NCBI GenBank assembly: GCA_002104945.1
Contig: MCFH01000070.1
Location: 62,001-126,000, forward strand
DNA length: 64,000 nucleotides
Direction: 5' to 3'
Source: Piromyces finnis finn
Lineage: Eukaryota; Fungi; Neocallimastigomycota
The translations under genes and the position numbers were made by a program. Positions 25,537-38,873 of the stretch are shown here, piece by piece. Position 1 is the stretch's first letter; every line of letters starts with the position of its first letter. The notes beneath the pieces were generated by a model. That model was not told where the DNA came from and made no database searches. It worked only from the letters and a program-made list of their open reading frames with translations.

Positions 25537-28218
25537 ATGGGGACAATTGGATTATTTAGTGATGACTCTTCAGATAGTGAAGTTGAAGTTCAAACAAAAA
25601 TTATTGAAAAGCGTACTAGTGAACGAAAAGTTATAAAAACATATAAACATAAAAATATAAATAAACGTCATACAGTACCATCAATCAAACATACTAAACA
25701 TGTAAAAAGTAAAGATTTCTCAACATGCTCTATAAAATTGCCAGTTAATCCAATAATTAAAGAAATTCGTAAAACTCAATATATTAATGGTTGGAGAAGA
25801 TTATCAAATAATATTGAAAAAGAATCATGGGTATAGTATTTAAAAAATAAAAAAAACACACACACGCACATTAAAATCATCTTAATTTTATATTTTATAA
25901 TTTAAAAGAATAAATAAAAAATGCTAAATTCTTCAAATATATATTGAAATTTACAGTATGAAGCAAATTTTAAAATAAAAGAATTTGAAGATAAAAGTAT
26001 TATTGTGAAGCCATCAATTAATGAAAGTTTACAAAAAGAAATTGAAAAGACTCAGAAAAATTTAAACAAATTAACATTATGGGGGTTAATATCAAATATT
26101 CAATCTATAAATTTTATATTGAAATATTATTATTCAACTAATACCATAATAATATTATTTTTAATAGAAAAACTATTAGAGAAAAGGAAACTCAAAAAAT
26201 GAATAAAAGTAATGATCTAATGAATAAGGTTAGAAATTTGTAGAGTTATTTTTTTTTTAAATGTATATTTGCAATGTAGATTTAAACTACAATATAGTTT
26301 TTCAAATAAGTAATTATAATAAAATTCACATCAATATAATTTAGGAAATAGAAGAATGTATCAAATATAAAAAGCAGCAAGAAGAATTAATAGAAAAAAA
26401 GAAAAAAGAAGAACAAGAAAAAAAATTAAAGGAGGAAAAGGAAAAGAAGGAACAAGAACTTCAAAGACAAAAGAAACTTGAGCAAGAAAAATTAGAGAAA
26501 GAAAAGGCTCTTAAACAAAAGCAAGAACAAGAAGCAAAATTAAAAGAACAACAAGAAATAATTAAAAAGGAAGAACAAAATAGAAAAGCAGCGGCAAATG
26601 ATGTATAATAATATTAAAATACAAATTTATTTTTAAAGCATTTATATCAGCAAAGATAGGATAATTTATTAATAATAATAATATTATTATTACTATTATT
26701 TTGAAATTAAACGTATTAATAGACATTGAATTCATTTGGAAATCAAAAAGCGATAGAGGAAGCTCAATTATATATTGATGAAATTAAGGTAGCTTGAATA
26801 TAAGATTATTATTATTATTATTTTGATATTAACTGTTTAAAAAAATTGATGGAATTTAAATTAAAAAGAAAATAAAAAGTGATATTAGACCGGCTGTAAA
26901 AGAAAATAAAACTTGGAAAAATCAAACATTCAAATTAAAAATGAAAATTACGACAAGAGTTGGTCAAATAACTAATACAAGGGAATCTGTTAATGAAATT
27001 GTAAGCATAATTCTAATATATTGATTTAATACCAAATAAAAATTTTATTAAATATTTTTAATAACATTTATCTATAATAATTTCAGTCAAATGCATTAAA
27101 TGATGTTTTAAATCAAGGAAAACAAATATCAAATGAAGCATATTATTGGCTTATGGATTTCCTCGGTAAAGCTATAATGGTAATATAAACTATGAAATAA
27201 TATTTATTTTTAAGAAAGAAAAAAAGTTTTTATTATTTTTTACTTAAATAAAAATAATGATATTGATTATGATAGAAACAATCTGAAAAAGAAGTTAGTC
27301 TTAATAAATCAATGGCATTTCCAATGGCACAAATTATCAATATTATATTTGATAATCATGAATCATTCTTCAAAATATTTATGGGAAGATTATATAAGAA
27401 ATGCATCTATCTTATACCTAGATATGGCTATAAAACAAAGGTATTTAATAAATATAATATTTATATATGTTATAATTTATTAAATAAATTAATTGTAATG
27501 TATATATATTATATATTATTATAGGATAAAACAGATGAACAATGTTTAAAAGAAATTGGTTATAAAAAAACAAGTGATGGTATGGAAAAAGAAAGTAGAT
27601 ATAATGAAAGAATGGAAGGAATGATATCTCTCTTTTCAGGTAAATAATAGTTATAATTGATAATATATATATCTAATAATAATTGTAATAATAATATAAT
27701 CAATTTATTATATATATATTTAGCATTAATTCAAACAACAAATAAAAGTAAGTTCATATTCATATTGAGTAAATAGTGTTAAAAAAAGAGATATTAATAT
27801 ATATTATGTTGTTATATTATAATTAATATTATTAGGTGGTAATTCAAAATTAGATATGAAAACAGGTTGGTCATGGTTAGCAAGAATACTAAATATGCCA
27901 CCAAGACAAATTACATCTTTAGCATTAATTACTTTCTTAGAGGTATTTTATGATTATAGTGCTAACAACAATATATATTAATATATTAATATGAATTTTA
28001 ATATTAATTAAATTTAATAAAAATAGATTGCAGGTAATGAAATGATTAATGTATATGGTAGGCAAATGCATAAAATTTTAAAATTTATAATGAATGTTTA
28101 TATTCCAATGGCACCAAAAGAAAGTATTGCTGCTACAACAAGATTGAAATTATTTATTGAAGAATATAATAAAAAAGGAGGTCGTATAGATCCACCAAAA
28201 GGAAAAAACTTTAATTAA
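25537..28218 (+). CDS. GLE1: mRNA export factor Gle1
   Basis: Multi-exon gene. A central charged coiled coil (26340-26600) is followed by the GLE1 domain: KMKITTRVGQIT, KAIMKQSEKEVS...AFPMA, LYKKCIYLIPRY, ERMEGMISLFSALIQ, GWSWLARILNMPP, TFLEIAGNEM...YGRQMHK, ATTRLKLF. Stop at 28216-28218. Confidence 0.92.
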
Positions 28219-29651
28219 CATTAAAAAGCATATTATTATACTATTATCAAATAAATAAATAAAAAAAATATGTATTTTTTTTTATTTTCTTTTTTATAAT
28301 AATTACTATAGAATTTATTTAAATAATAATTTTTATAATAAAACATCATATTAAAATTAATAATTTATCTATTTTATTTGTATTATTTGGTTTCTTTTAT
28401 TCTTTCTTTCTTTTTTTTTTTTTTTTTAATTTTATTAGTTATTACTATAATTATATTTTTTATTTTAAATATTGATCTTTTATTCATATCAGCTTTAATA
28501 TATAATAATAGTTTGATTATACTAATGTAAATAGTAAATTAGAATTTGTGATTAATAAAAATTAAAATATAAATAAACGAATGTAGTGGTATAGTAGAAA
28601 TTTCAAATAAATATTTTTTATAAAGAATGTTATAAAAATGCCATTAAAATATCAAAAGGATTAATGGTTTATATAAATAAAAGAGTTAATTTTTTATATT
28701 TGTAAAAAATAGTTTTTTTTTATTTACTTTCTGCTTATTTTTTTTTTTTTTTTTTTTTTTTTGAAAATAACATTATATAACCTTTTATGATATAAATTAT
28801 GTGTATTAATGAATTGTATTTATAATGAAATAACTTCTTTTTTAATATTGATAATTTATATAGAAAAAAAGAAAAAAGTGGAATTTACATTTTAGTTTTT
28901 TGAAATTTTGCTTAAAATAATTAGTTAAATAACTTATAGTTTAAAAAAATAGTTTTCTTTTTATTTTCAATTAGTATTTCTATTAGTATCTTATTATTGC
29001 TAATATAAAAAAATTATATATATATTATAATATTTTCATAATTCTATAATACATTATAATAATAATAAATATAAAAATAAAATAAATAAAATTAAATACT
29101 TAAATAATATTTATTAATAAAAATACAATTTAAAACCATTAATATATGCACCAAAAAAAAAAAAAAAAAAGAAAAAGAAAAGAAAAGAAGTTAAAAATTT
29201 TTATAGGATAATTACCCTTTGATTCATTATTCTATTCAAAATATAGTATTTATTTATTCTACTGGTAATATGATTTTTACATGTTTTTTCATAATAGTTT
29301 TATTTTATTTTATTTTTTTTACATTTTTTTTTCTATGGTATTTTATACTGTACTGTGAATTATTCCTTTTTTTATAACTTTTTTTTCTTTTTTTTTTTTT
29401 TTAAAAAAAAAAAATAAAAATAAAATAATTAATATATGATATATATATTTAATTTATATCACACATTACTACATTTTTGAATGTGATATGTGAAATTAAG
29501 AATAATTTATATTATTTTGATGGTATATAAAATTTAGTTTGTTTAAAATAAATTTTGAATATATTTTTTTATCATTATAGAAATACCTATTTTATTTCTC
29601 TTATTCCTTATGTTTTTTATTGTTTAATGCTTAGTTTTAAAAATTATTTTT

Positions 29652-30678
29652 TTAAAGAAATATTTTTTTTAATAAGGCCCAGAAACCGATTTCTTTTGCT
29701 AAGGTATTTTTATTTACTAAAAACAATTCTTTATTATCCGATTTAATTGAACGGAATGAATCAGATATTGACGAATTATTGACACTGTTACTATCCATAT
29801 CGTTATTTTCTACGACTATTGGAACATAGTTTATTGGATAATTATTCCAAAGGAAAAAACTGAATTTTGATAGTGCAGAAAGTTTATATGAAATATAAAA
29901 AGGAATAAATTTCATTATAAAATCCTTGACTTGCTTATTTTCTATTATATTTTTTAATATTGGATAGTAATTACTAGGTGAAATTGAATTTTGTTCAAGT
30001 GAGGTCGGACTGGATGTAGTATTTGTAGTAAATGTTGTGTCATTTAAGGTATCTTTTAAATTTATGGTATTTTTTATTGTTGTAGAAATTAATGATTTCA
30101 TTTTATTGAAAGGTGAATCGGGATTAACTTTTACGTTTGATTCTAATAAGTAATTCTTTAATTTTTTATTTATTAAATATGCACTTAATAACGAAATACT
30201 ACAACGGAAAAGATAAAAGCATATTTTTTCTACTGTATATTTTGGACTAGTAAAATAGAAATGAAGAGCATAACAATTCCTTGATATATGAATAATATCA
30301 TATTGGCCATAAATAGCTCTTTGAAGTTCAAAATTACTTTGTATGTTAAAGGAACAGGTAAATGTTCTAGTTTGTAATTTTTTATATGCATTTTTAATTT
30401 TGGATATATTTAAGTATTGTTGAACTAAAGAAAGTAAATTCAATGATTCTTTTTTTTTTTTTTATGTTCAATATTCAAATAATAAAAAAAGGAATAAATA
30501 ATAATTATAATAATAAATATTGATAACCAACAATATCAGTATTATATCATTTCATTTATAATTATATTATATATATTATGTATATGTAATTACCTTCATT
30601 AGTTAATGGAGATAAAGTGGAAGATACAATTCTAAATTCATAGTCGTCATTTACATCCGTTTCAGATATTTTCCCCAT
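29652..30678 (-). CDS. Orphan B: hypothetical protein of about 290 aa, 2 exons
   Basis: Exon 1 (ATG 30678, MGKISETDVNDDYEFRIVSSTLSPLTNE) ends at a g|gtaat donor and splices in phase to 30448, entering the 263-codon ORF. No recognisable domain. Confidence 0.6.
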
Positions 30679-30869
30679 TCTTTATACTTGATATAAAAAT
30701 ATATTAATAATAAAATAAAAATAATATTTTATATTAATTTGCTTTTTTCTTTTTACAATAAAAATATGTTGCTATCAGTTAAGAATAATAAAAACTAAAA
30801 TTAAATACTATAATAACAAATCCTCTATTAAAAATGAACTAACATTTTTAAATATATATGCTTTTTTTC

Positions 30870-30900
<31 letters not shown>

Positions 30901-31565
30901 TAATTGTAATATATATTAAAAATTTAAAAATTTATAATTAAATAATATATGATTACAATATAATTATATTTATAATAAAAATTTGAATTTTTTTATAAAC
31001 AGCTAAAATTCTTTTTTATGATATATTTTATGGTAAATTATACAAAAATAATAATATTAAATAAATAATATATGGCAGATTTATTTTATTTTTTTTTTCT
31101 AAAAAAAAAAAGAGTATTAATATTCAATATATAAATATTTTCAAAGCAATATTTTTAGCGAAAAATTAAAACAAAAAAAAAACATAACCATATACCAATA
31201 AAATAGAAATTTAAGTTTCTAAAATTGAAATTAATTAATAAAAACAATAAATATTAAATTTTTATATTCAATCACTAAATTATGATTGGAGAATATATTA
31301 AAAATGGAAATTAAACATTTAACTATTATTTATATTCATTTACAATAACAAAAGTTTACTTTTAAATATTAACAAAAATAATAACTTTTTTTGTATAATA
31401 ATTAAGAATGTAAGGTTAAATTTTAAATAAGATAAATTAATTAAATATTTAAAGCAAACTAATAAGTAGTTAGACTAAAAAAAGAATGTGTATATAAATA
31501 ATAATAAAGAAATCAAATTAATAAAATATATTAATATAATTAAAAATATTAATTTAGAAATAACA

Positions 31566-33379
31566 ATGGAAGAAAAGAGAAAGCAATTAGCCTTTGCTAT
31601 TACTGAATATCTTAGTGATACTATTGAAAACAATCACGTTAGTGAAGAAAACAAAGATGGTTTAGAAGGTAATATATATATATATTAAGAAATGAATATT
31701 TAGTTTTTCATCTATATTTTTTAAAATTGTATTTTAATATAATAATTCAATAATTAATTGATAAAAATGTATACTAAATTTAATACAATCTAACAAAAAA
31801 AATATATAATTATTTAATAACAATGTCAATAATTAATAAATAGTCGCTATTCAATGTATTAGTGAAGCTTTTGGAATTGATCCAGTATGTTAACATTTTA
31901 TTAACATTTTAGGTTTAATAAATTTCATTCATAAATTTATAAATAAATATAAAAATCAATTAAACTCAATTTATATAATGTTTAAATTAATCAAATTATA
32001 AAGAAAGATGAAACTCAAAAGGATATGTACTCAATTAAACCAGCAAATCTTGGTTCAATTTTTGAAGTTTACTTAAGAACTAAACAATCAAAGGTAAACT
32101 TTAAATAAATCTAAAATCTAACCTCAAAATTTTTAATTTTGATAAAATTTTTAAATGTATAAACTTTATTATATTAAACTAAAAATTTTAAAAATAGGAA
32201 AATGTTAAACCAAACACTGTTAAAGTTGGTAAATTTCAATATTAATATTATGATGAAATAATTAATACATAATTTTAACATAAAATATATTTTATTAAAA
32301 TGATATAAATAAAATAGATGATAAGGAACCATCTGAAGAAGATAAGAAAAATGCTGACCAAAAGAAGAGTGAAGGTAATTCAAAAATGGCTGAAAGAAAA
32401 TACGATGAAGCCATCCAACTTTACACTGAAGCTATTGAATTAAATGGAAAGAATGCTATTTACTACGCTAACAGGTAAAAACCAATAAGATATAACTATT
32501 ATAATATTATATAAATATTATGATGTTAAAATAATATATTATCTTTTAAATAGAGCTGCTGCTTTCAGTCAATCTGGTCAACATGAAAAAGCTATTGAAG
32601 ATGCTTTAAAGGCTGTTGAAAGTAAGATAATAATAATAACTGATAATAACTATTTATTTTCCTTTTTTTTTTTAAAAAAAAAAAAAGATACATTGTTATT
32701 AATAAATAAATATTTATATAAAAATAAAAATAATAGTTAATCCACAATATAGTAAGGGTTACAGTAGATTAGCGTAAGTACATAAATAAAAAATTAAATC
32801 TTGTAATAAAAATAATAGTTACTTATACATATTAACAAAAATGTTTTTACTTCTTTTTTTTTTTTTAAATACATTATAATATTTATTAATAATAGTCATG
32901 CTCAATACTGCTTAAATAAATTTGATGAAGCTGTTAAATCTTATGAAAAGGTTTTAGAATTAGATCCAGATAATAACGCTATTAAGCAATCTTTAGAATT
33001 AGCTAAGTCTAAGTCTTCTGAAACCAGTACTAGAGATGCTGGTTCTTCATCTGATGCTGGTGCTGGTGCTGGTGCTGGTGGTATGCCAAACTTAGGTAAC
33101 CTTGATTTCGCATCTTTAATGAATAACCCAGCTGTTATGAACATGGCTAAAGAAATGATGAAGAATCCAGAAGCTTTAAATAATCTTATGAATAACCCAG
33201 CCATTGCTAATATGTAAGTGTCAGCTTATATTTTAGAAAAAGTATTAAATATTATAATTAACGATATTAACAAAATAAAATATTTTTTTATTTAAATAAT
33301 GCTTTATTAAATATATATATATAATAGGGCCAAGAACTTTGATCCATCTAAACTTCAACAAATGTTTGGTGGAAAATAA
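31566..33379 (+). CDS. SGT2: Small glutamine-rich TPR co-chaperone Sgt2/SGTA
   Basis: N-terminal dimerisation domain (KQLAFAITEYL...GLEVAIQCISEAFGI), three TPR repeats (KSEGNSKMAERKYDEAIQLYTEAI...IYYANRAAAF...YSKGYSRL) and C-terminal STI1-like NNP repeats (FASLMNNPAVMNMAKEMMKNP). About 9 exons; ends FGGK*. Confidence 0.93.
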
Positions 33380-33799
33380 AAAAAATAGTATTCTCTCTAT
33401 AATATTTAAATATGGAAATAATTTCATAGTTTAATATTATGTAAATATTTAATTAAATACTTTCACCAAAATATATTCAATTACTACAAATAAAAATATA
33501 AAAAAATTATTAAAACTTGCATTTATCAATAAAAATAAATTATAAAAAGAAATCTTTAAAAAAGAATAAAATAAAATAATAGGGTTTTATGTTTTGTGTA
33601 AACATTGTTTTTTTTTTTTTAAAGCAAGATAGTTTTATTAATAATATATTATTATATATTTAAAATTTTTAATATGAAATTTTATTTCAAATTTGAAATA
33701 TAATATTATTATTGATAATAATGAAATTTAAATTACTATAGGTATATTAAATATAATTTTCCACTTTTTATTTTTTTAAGTTGTTTTATATAGGGATAT

Positions 33800-36357
33800 T
33801 TAAAAGGAATAGGTATGGTGATTTAACTGATTGGCAAATCCCTCAAATTTTTGATTCCATTTTAATAATGAATTTATATGTTTTTTCCAAGTAATTTTCT
33901 TGGTTTTTTGGTTAATACATGGTATAGGATATGGAGACATTTGAACCTTTTTTTAATGTAAATAGAAAAGAAAATATATATATAATTATATGGGATACCG
34001 ATAATAATTAATATCATTGGAAAAAAGAAAAAAAGAATAAAAAATTTTAAACTTTTTTTTTTAAATTTTTGATTTACATACCTGTACATATTCACCAATA
34101 TTTAAATCATAATAGTCCTTACCATCAATATTAACAACAACAGATCCTCTGCTTTTATCATCCAACTTTAAAATAACAAATTAATATTATAAAGTATTAA
34201 ATAAATATTTTAATTTTATAGATGTATATTCAAATTATTCTTACTGATAAATGAATAGTAGAATATGGTGGTAAAAGTGCTGGACGGAAAGATAATGATC
34301 TGGGACAAATTGGAGTTAATAATAAACTTTGAACCGATGGATGAACAATTGGACCACCGGCTGATAGTGAATATGCTGTTGAACCTGTTGGAGTAGCAAC
34401 AATTAAACTATTGAATTTTTTTTAAAAAAAAAATATTTTTTAAAAATTAGTTTATATCTATTTCTTTTTTTTTTTTTTTAATACTTTAAACTAATATTAT
34501 TTAATAATTACCCATCGGCCTTTTAATAGAGTTAGATTTAAAATAAATATTAATATATATGTAAAATATTATTAATTATTAATAAAAATAAAATTTTGAA
34601 ATTATGATTTATTAATTTTACTATAAAAAAAAAAAAAAAAACGTAAATAAACATACTACTGAATTTGTAAAGAATTCATCATCAACATAACATTTTAAAG
34701 ATGTTAAGGATGGATTACGACCACGATGTAATGATACTTCATTCATTGCATGAACTTTGAATATAAATAATATAAATATAGATATTAAAAAAATTTTTTT
34801 CAAAAAGTGAATAATGATAATAAAAAAAAAAGGTACAATAATATTATATATAGTATAATAATTTATACTTTGATTTATTTCGTTCAATTTAATGATTTCA
34901 TTATTTTTATCATGAATAGACACTGCAATTCTCATTCTTAATAAAAGTTTTGTATTTCCTTTTATAACGTTTGAAATACCTTCCTTATAATGTTTAATGT
35001 CTATTATGGTATCCAATAAATATTTAATATTAATTTTTAACTCTTAAAATATTTTTATATAAATAGTTATTATTATATTTATTATAATAAGACATACTAT
35101 ATGGTAAGAGAAAACCTAATGTTCCAAGGGAAAATGATATTATTGGAGGAACTTCTTTAGGAAATAATGATGAAGTATGTAATATAGTACCATCACCACC
35201 CAAAGTGATAACAAAATCTACTATTTTAGGATATTCTTTCTTATCTATAATGAAAGTTAATGTACAATTATGAAATAATTAAGTAAAATTCAAAGAAATC
35301 CTAGGTATGATAATTTTTTTATATTTAATCATTGTATTACCTTGTAAAACATGTATAAATGGAATTGTTTTTATTAAATTATCAGCAACTTCTTTTTCAA
35401 CAATTATATTTATATTTGGATATTCCTTATGAAGCCAACTATATTAAAATAATTATATTTATATTTTGCAAGATATATTGATAATTATAAAAAAAAAAAA
35501 AAAAGAATAAAATAAAAAAAAAAAAAATAATTAGAAACTAATAAAGAAAAAAAAAAAAGGAAAAGGAAAAATATGATATATATTATGATATATTATATAC
35601 TTTGCAATTGATATCAATGCTTCTTCTGTAGTATTATCTTTAGGTTTTTTAACAATTAATACTGTTCTTGGAGTCCGTTTCCATTTAAGATTATAATCAC
35701 TAAAAGATTTTATTTCAATAATATATATATATAAAGATATAAAGAGGGGGAAAGGAAAGAAAGATAATAAAAGAAAAAGGAAAGAAAAGAATAAGAAAAA
35801 AGAATTAAATAATTATATTATTAAAGAAATTTATGTTTTGTATCATTACAGATATGGATTTCTTAAATTTTGAATTATTTCTGGACCATTACTACTTTTA
35901 ACTGTTTTATAATTTATTTGTTTATTTATTTATTTATTTTAATATTGTATATTGTATATTCGAAATAGTATTAAAATTAAATTCCAAAATTAAAAAAAAA
36001 AAAAGAATTTAAATTCATTAGAATTTAAAAATTATTATATATGATAAATATTATCGATAATTATAATAAAATATTAAAAAATAATTTAATTTAAACAATG
36101 AATTAACATTAATTTTTATTTGGAATAAAATATTTACCAGCTTCATAAATAAAGGATTTATTATCATTCGATATCATACTTTTTGATAATGTGGACGAAG
36201 AATTAAATCTTTTAGAAATGCCCGAATTTTTATAATAAATACTATTTTTACATAACTTATTTGATAATGATGGTAATATATAGTTACCATTTAATGAAAT
36301 TTGCTTCATTAATATAGAATTGAATGTTTTTGATAAGTCGAGGTTTTGAATTGACAT
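33800..36357 (-). CDS. POS5: NAD(H) kinase, Pos5-type, with N-terminal organellar presequence
   Basis: [73 protein letters not shown] and C-terminal W...[11 protein letters not shown] motifs across about 10 exons. The HAMN..LHRG and PRSLSFRP forms match the Pos5 subgroup. Confidence 0.85.
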
Positions 36358-36943
36358 TTTGAATCTTTTTTTTCAAAAACAAAAATTAAATAAACTAAAT
36401 GAAATGAAATGAAAATGAAACAAAACTATTTATATAGATAAATAAATATATATAAATATATGTAATGTTATTTTGTTTTTAAAATATATTAATAAATTTA
36501 ATTATAAAAAATAACTATTTTTTATTTAAAAAAGTTAAATATTTTACATCCAATTAAATTTTTATGGTATCGAACTATTATTTATTTAAACTTTCTTAAC
36601 TATTATAAAATGCTCTTTTTTTTTCAATAATTTAGATGAAGTATTTTATTATTATATATATTACGATTTATTTAGTAAAAAGTTATCTTTTTTTTTTTTT
36701 TTAACATTGCACTTTTATATGTAACATAGAGTATGATGATTTTTTACTTTTTTTTTTTTAATATAATATAAAACTAACCCTTTAACTATAAGTAATTTTA
36801 AATTGAAGATAAATAATTAGAAAAGTAATTTTAACCAATCCAATACTCTCATTATTTTTTATAATATATTTTTTTTTTTTAAAAAAAAAAATAATTTTTT
36901 AAAAAATTAATTTATAATTTATAATTCTTTATTATAATATAAA

Positions 36944-38873
36944 ATGGTAAATTTTTTAAAAAAAAAAAAAAATGAAATTTGATAATTAAAACATATTTTG
37001 AATATTTTATATAAGTTTATATAAGTAATAATTATTTAAATAAATAAAAAGAAGAAAAAATAGTAAATAATGATGATAATAATATAAAAGATATTCAAAA
37101 AATTCAAAAAATAAAAAAGGAATTACAATGATAATAATTTCATCCGGGATTCAAATTAAAGAAATTCGAGATTCTAATAATTATTTTTTTTATTCATTTT
37201 TTTTGGAATATTATTCAGCATGGTTTACTTTTATAAAATTCATTAATTATCATATCGTTATTGATCTCTCACTATATTAATTTCTAAAAAAAGAAAAAGA
37301 AAAAAGAAATTTGAATAATTCTTAAAAAATTTTCAAAAATTTTATTTAAATAAATGAAATTTGATTAATAATATGTTTGTGAGAAATTTCATATCCAAAT
37401 TTATATTTATTTGTTTGTTTTATATTTTTTTTTCGAATAATGATACTTCAATTATCATATTAAATATAACTATTCAATATCCAGTATTGATTTACATTAT
37501 TTTGAAAGTACAGAATAATAACCAAAAAAAAAAAAAAAAACTTTTTTTCATATAATCTAAATTTTATTTAAAATTAAAAAACAACATATATACTATATTT
37601 TATATATATATGTTCATTTTCAATATATAAATAATAAAAATATATATTTATTATTCTCTAAAAATTCTATACACAATAGGGTAAAGCTAAGAAGACCAGA
37701 AAGTTTGGATTAGTTAAGCGAATGCTTAACCCAAAAGATACTAGAATGTAAGAATAATGAATTTATAAAAAAAAATAATTATTTTAAAAATTTTCACCAA
37801 TCAAACAATATATTAATTTCAAATAAATAAAAATAGAAAAGCTAATCAAGAAAAAGAAGCTCAAAAAAAGAAAAAGGAAGAAGAAAAGCAAATTAAGCAT
37901 GTGTAAGTATAAAAGAAATATAAATAAATGAATGAAAAAAAAAAATTTTTTTTTTTTTGAAATATTCTTATTTTAATTGGATTGTTAATTAATGTAAACA
38001 TTTTATATATAATTTTATATTTTGTATATTCTATAATTAAATAATATAAATTAGTGAACAAGTTGCTTCTTCACTCTTCTTCAAATATAATTCTGCTTTA
38101 GGTCCACCATATCATGTTTTAGTTGATACTAACTTTATCAACTTTTCTATTCAAAATAAATTAGAATTGGTTAAATCAATGATGGATTGTTTATATGCCA
38201 AATGTTAGTTTTTTTAATAAGGAATATATTATATAAATATGTAAAAATGAATGTTGATAATCAATGAAACTGACAATTAAAATATTTATTAATTTTATAT
38301 TTTATAATTATTTTTCCAATTATAACGAAAAAAAAAAAAAAAAAAAAATATAGGTATTCCATGTATTACCGATTGCGTTATTGCTGAATTGGAAAAATTA
38401 GGTCCAAAATATCGTATTGCTTTAAGGTATATTATTAATACACATTATATATAAAAGAAAATGAAAAAAAAAAAAAAATCGAAAAAAGGCATAGATATTT
38501 ATTCAAATATATATATTCTATTTTTAACTTTATAAAGAGTTGCTCGTGATCCACGTTTTGAACGTTTACCATGTACTCACAAGGGTACTTATGCTGATGA
38601 CTGTATTGTTCATAGAGTTATGCAAGTAAGTATTTATTATTATTATTATTATTTCATATATTTGTATTTATTAGAAAGAAAAAGAGAAAAATAAATATTA
38701 ATATATTTTATTTCATTAAAAATGAATAAAATTAGCACAAAGTATACATTGTTGCTACTTGTGATAGAGATTTAAAGCGTCGTATAAGAAAGATTCCTGG
38801 TATTCCAATTATGTTTATTAGTAATCATAAATATATCATTGAACGTTTACCAGATGCCCCAATTCCAGTTTAA
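36944..38873 (+). CDS. FCF1: rRNA-processing PIN-domain protein Fcf1/Utp24
   Basis: [61 protein letters not shown] and [23 protein letters not shown]. The coding body runs from 37680 to the stop at 38871-38873. The start codon is inferred as an ATG-only exon at 36944-36946, which is less certain than the gene call. Confidence 0.93.

Noticed and set aside
37068-37300. C/D snoRNA in the long FCF1 intron (ATGATGA at ~37070)
   Set aside because: No matching D box (CTGA) or terminal stem at a suitable distance on the same strand.
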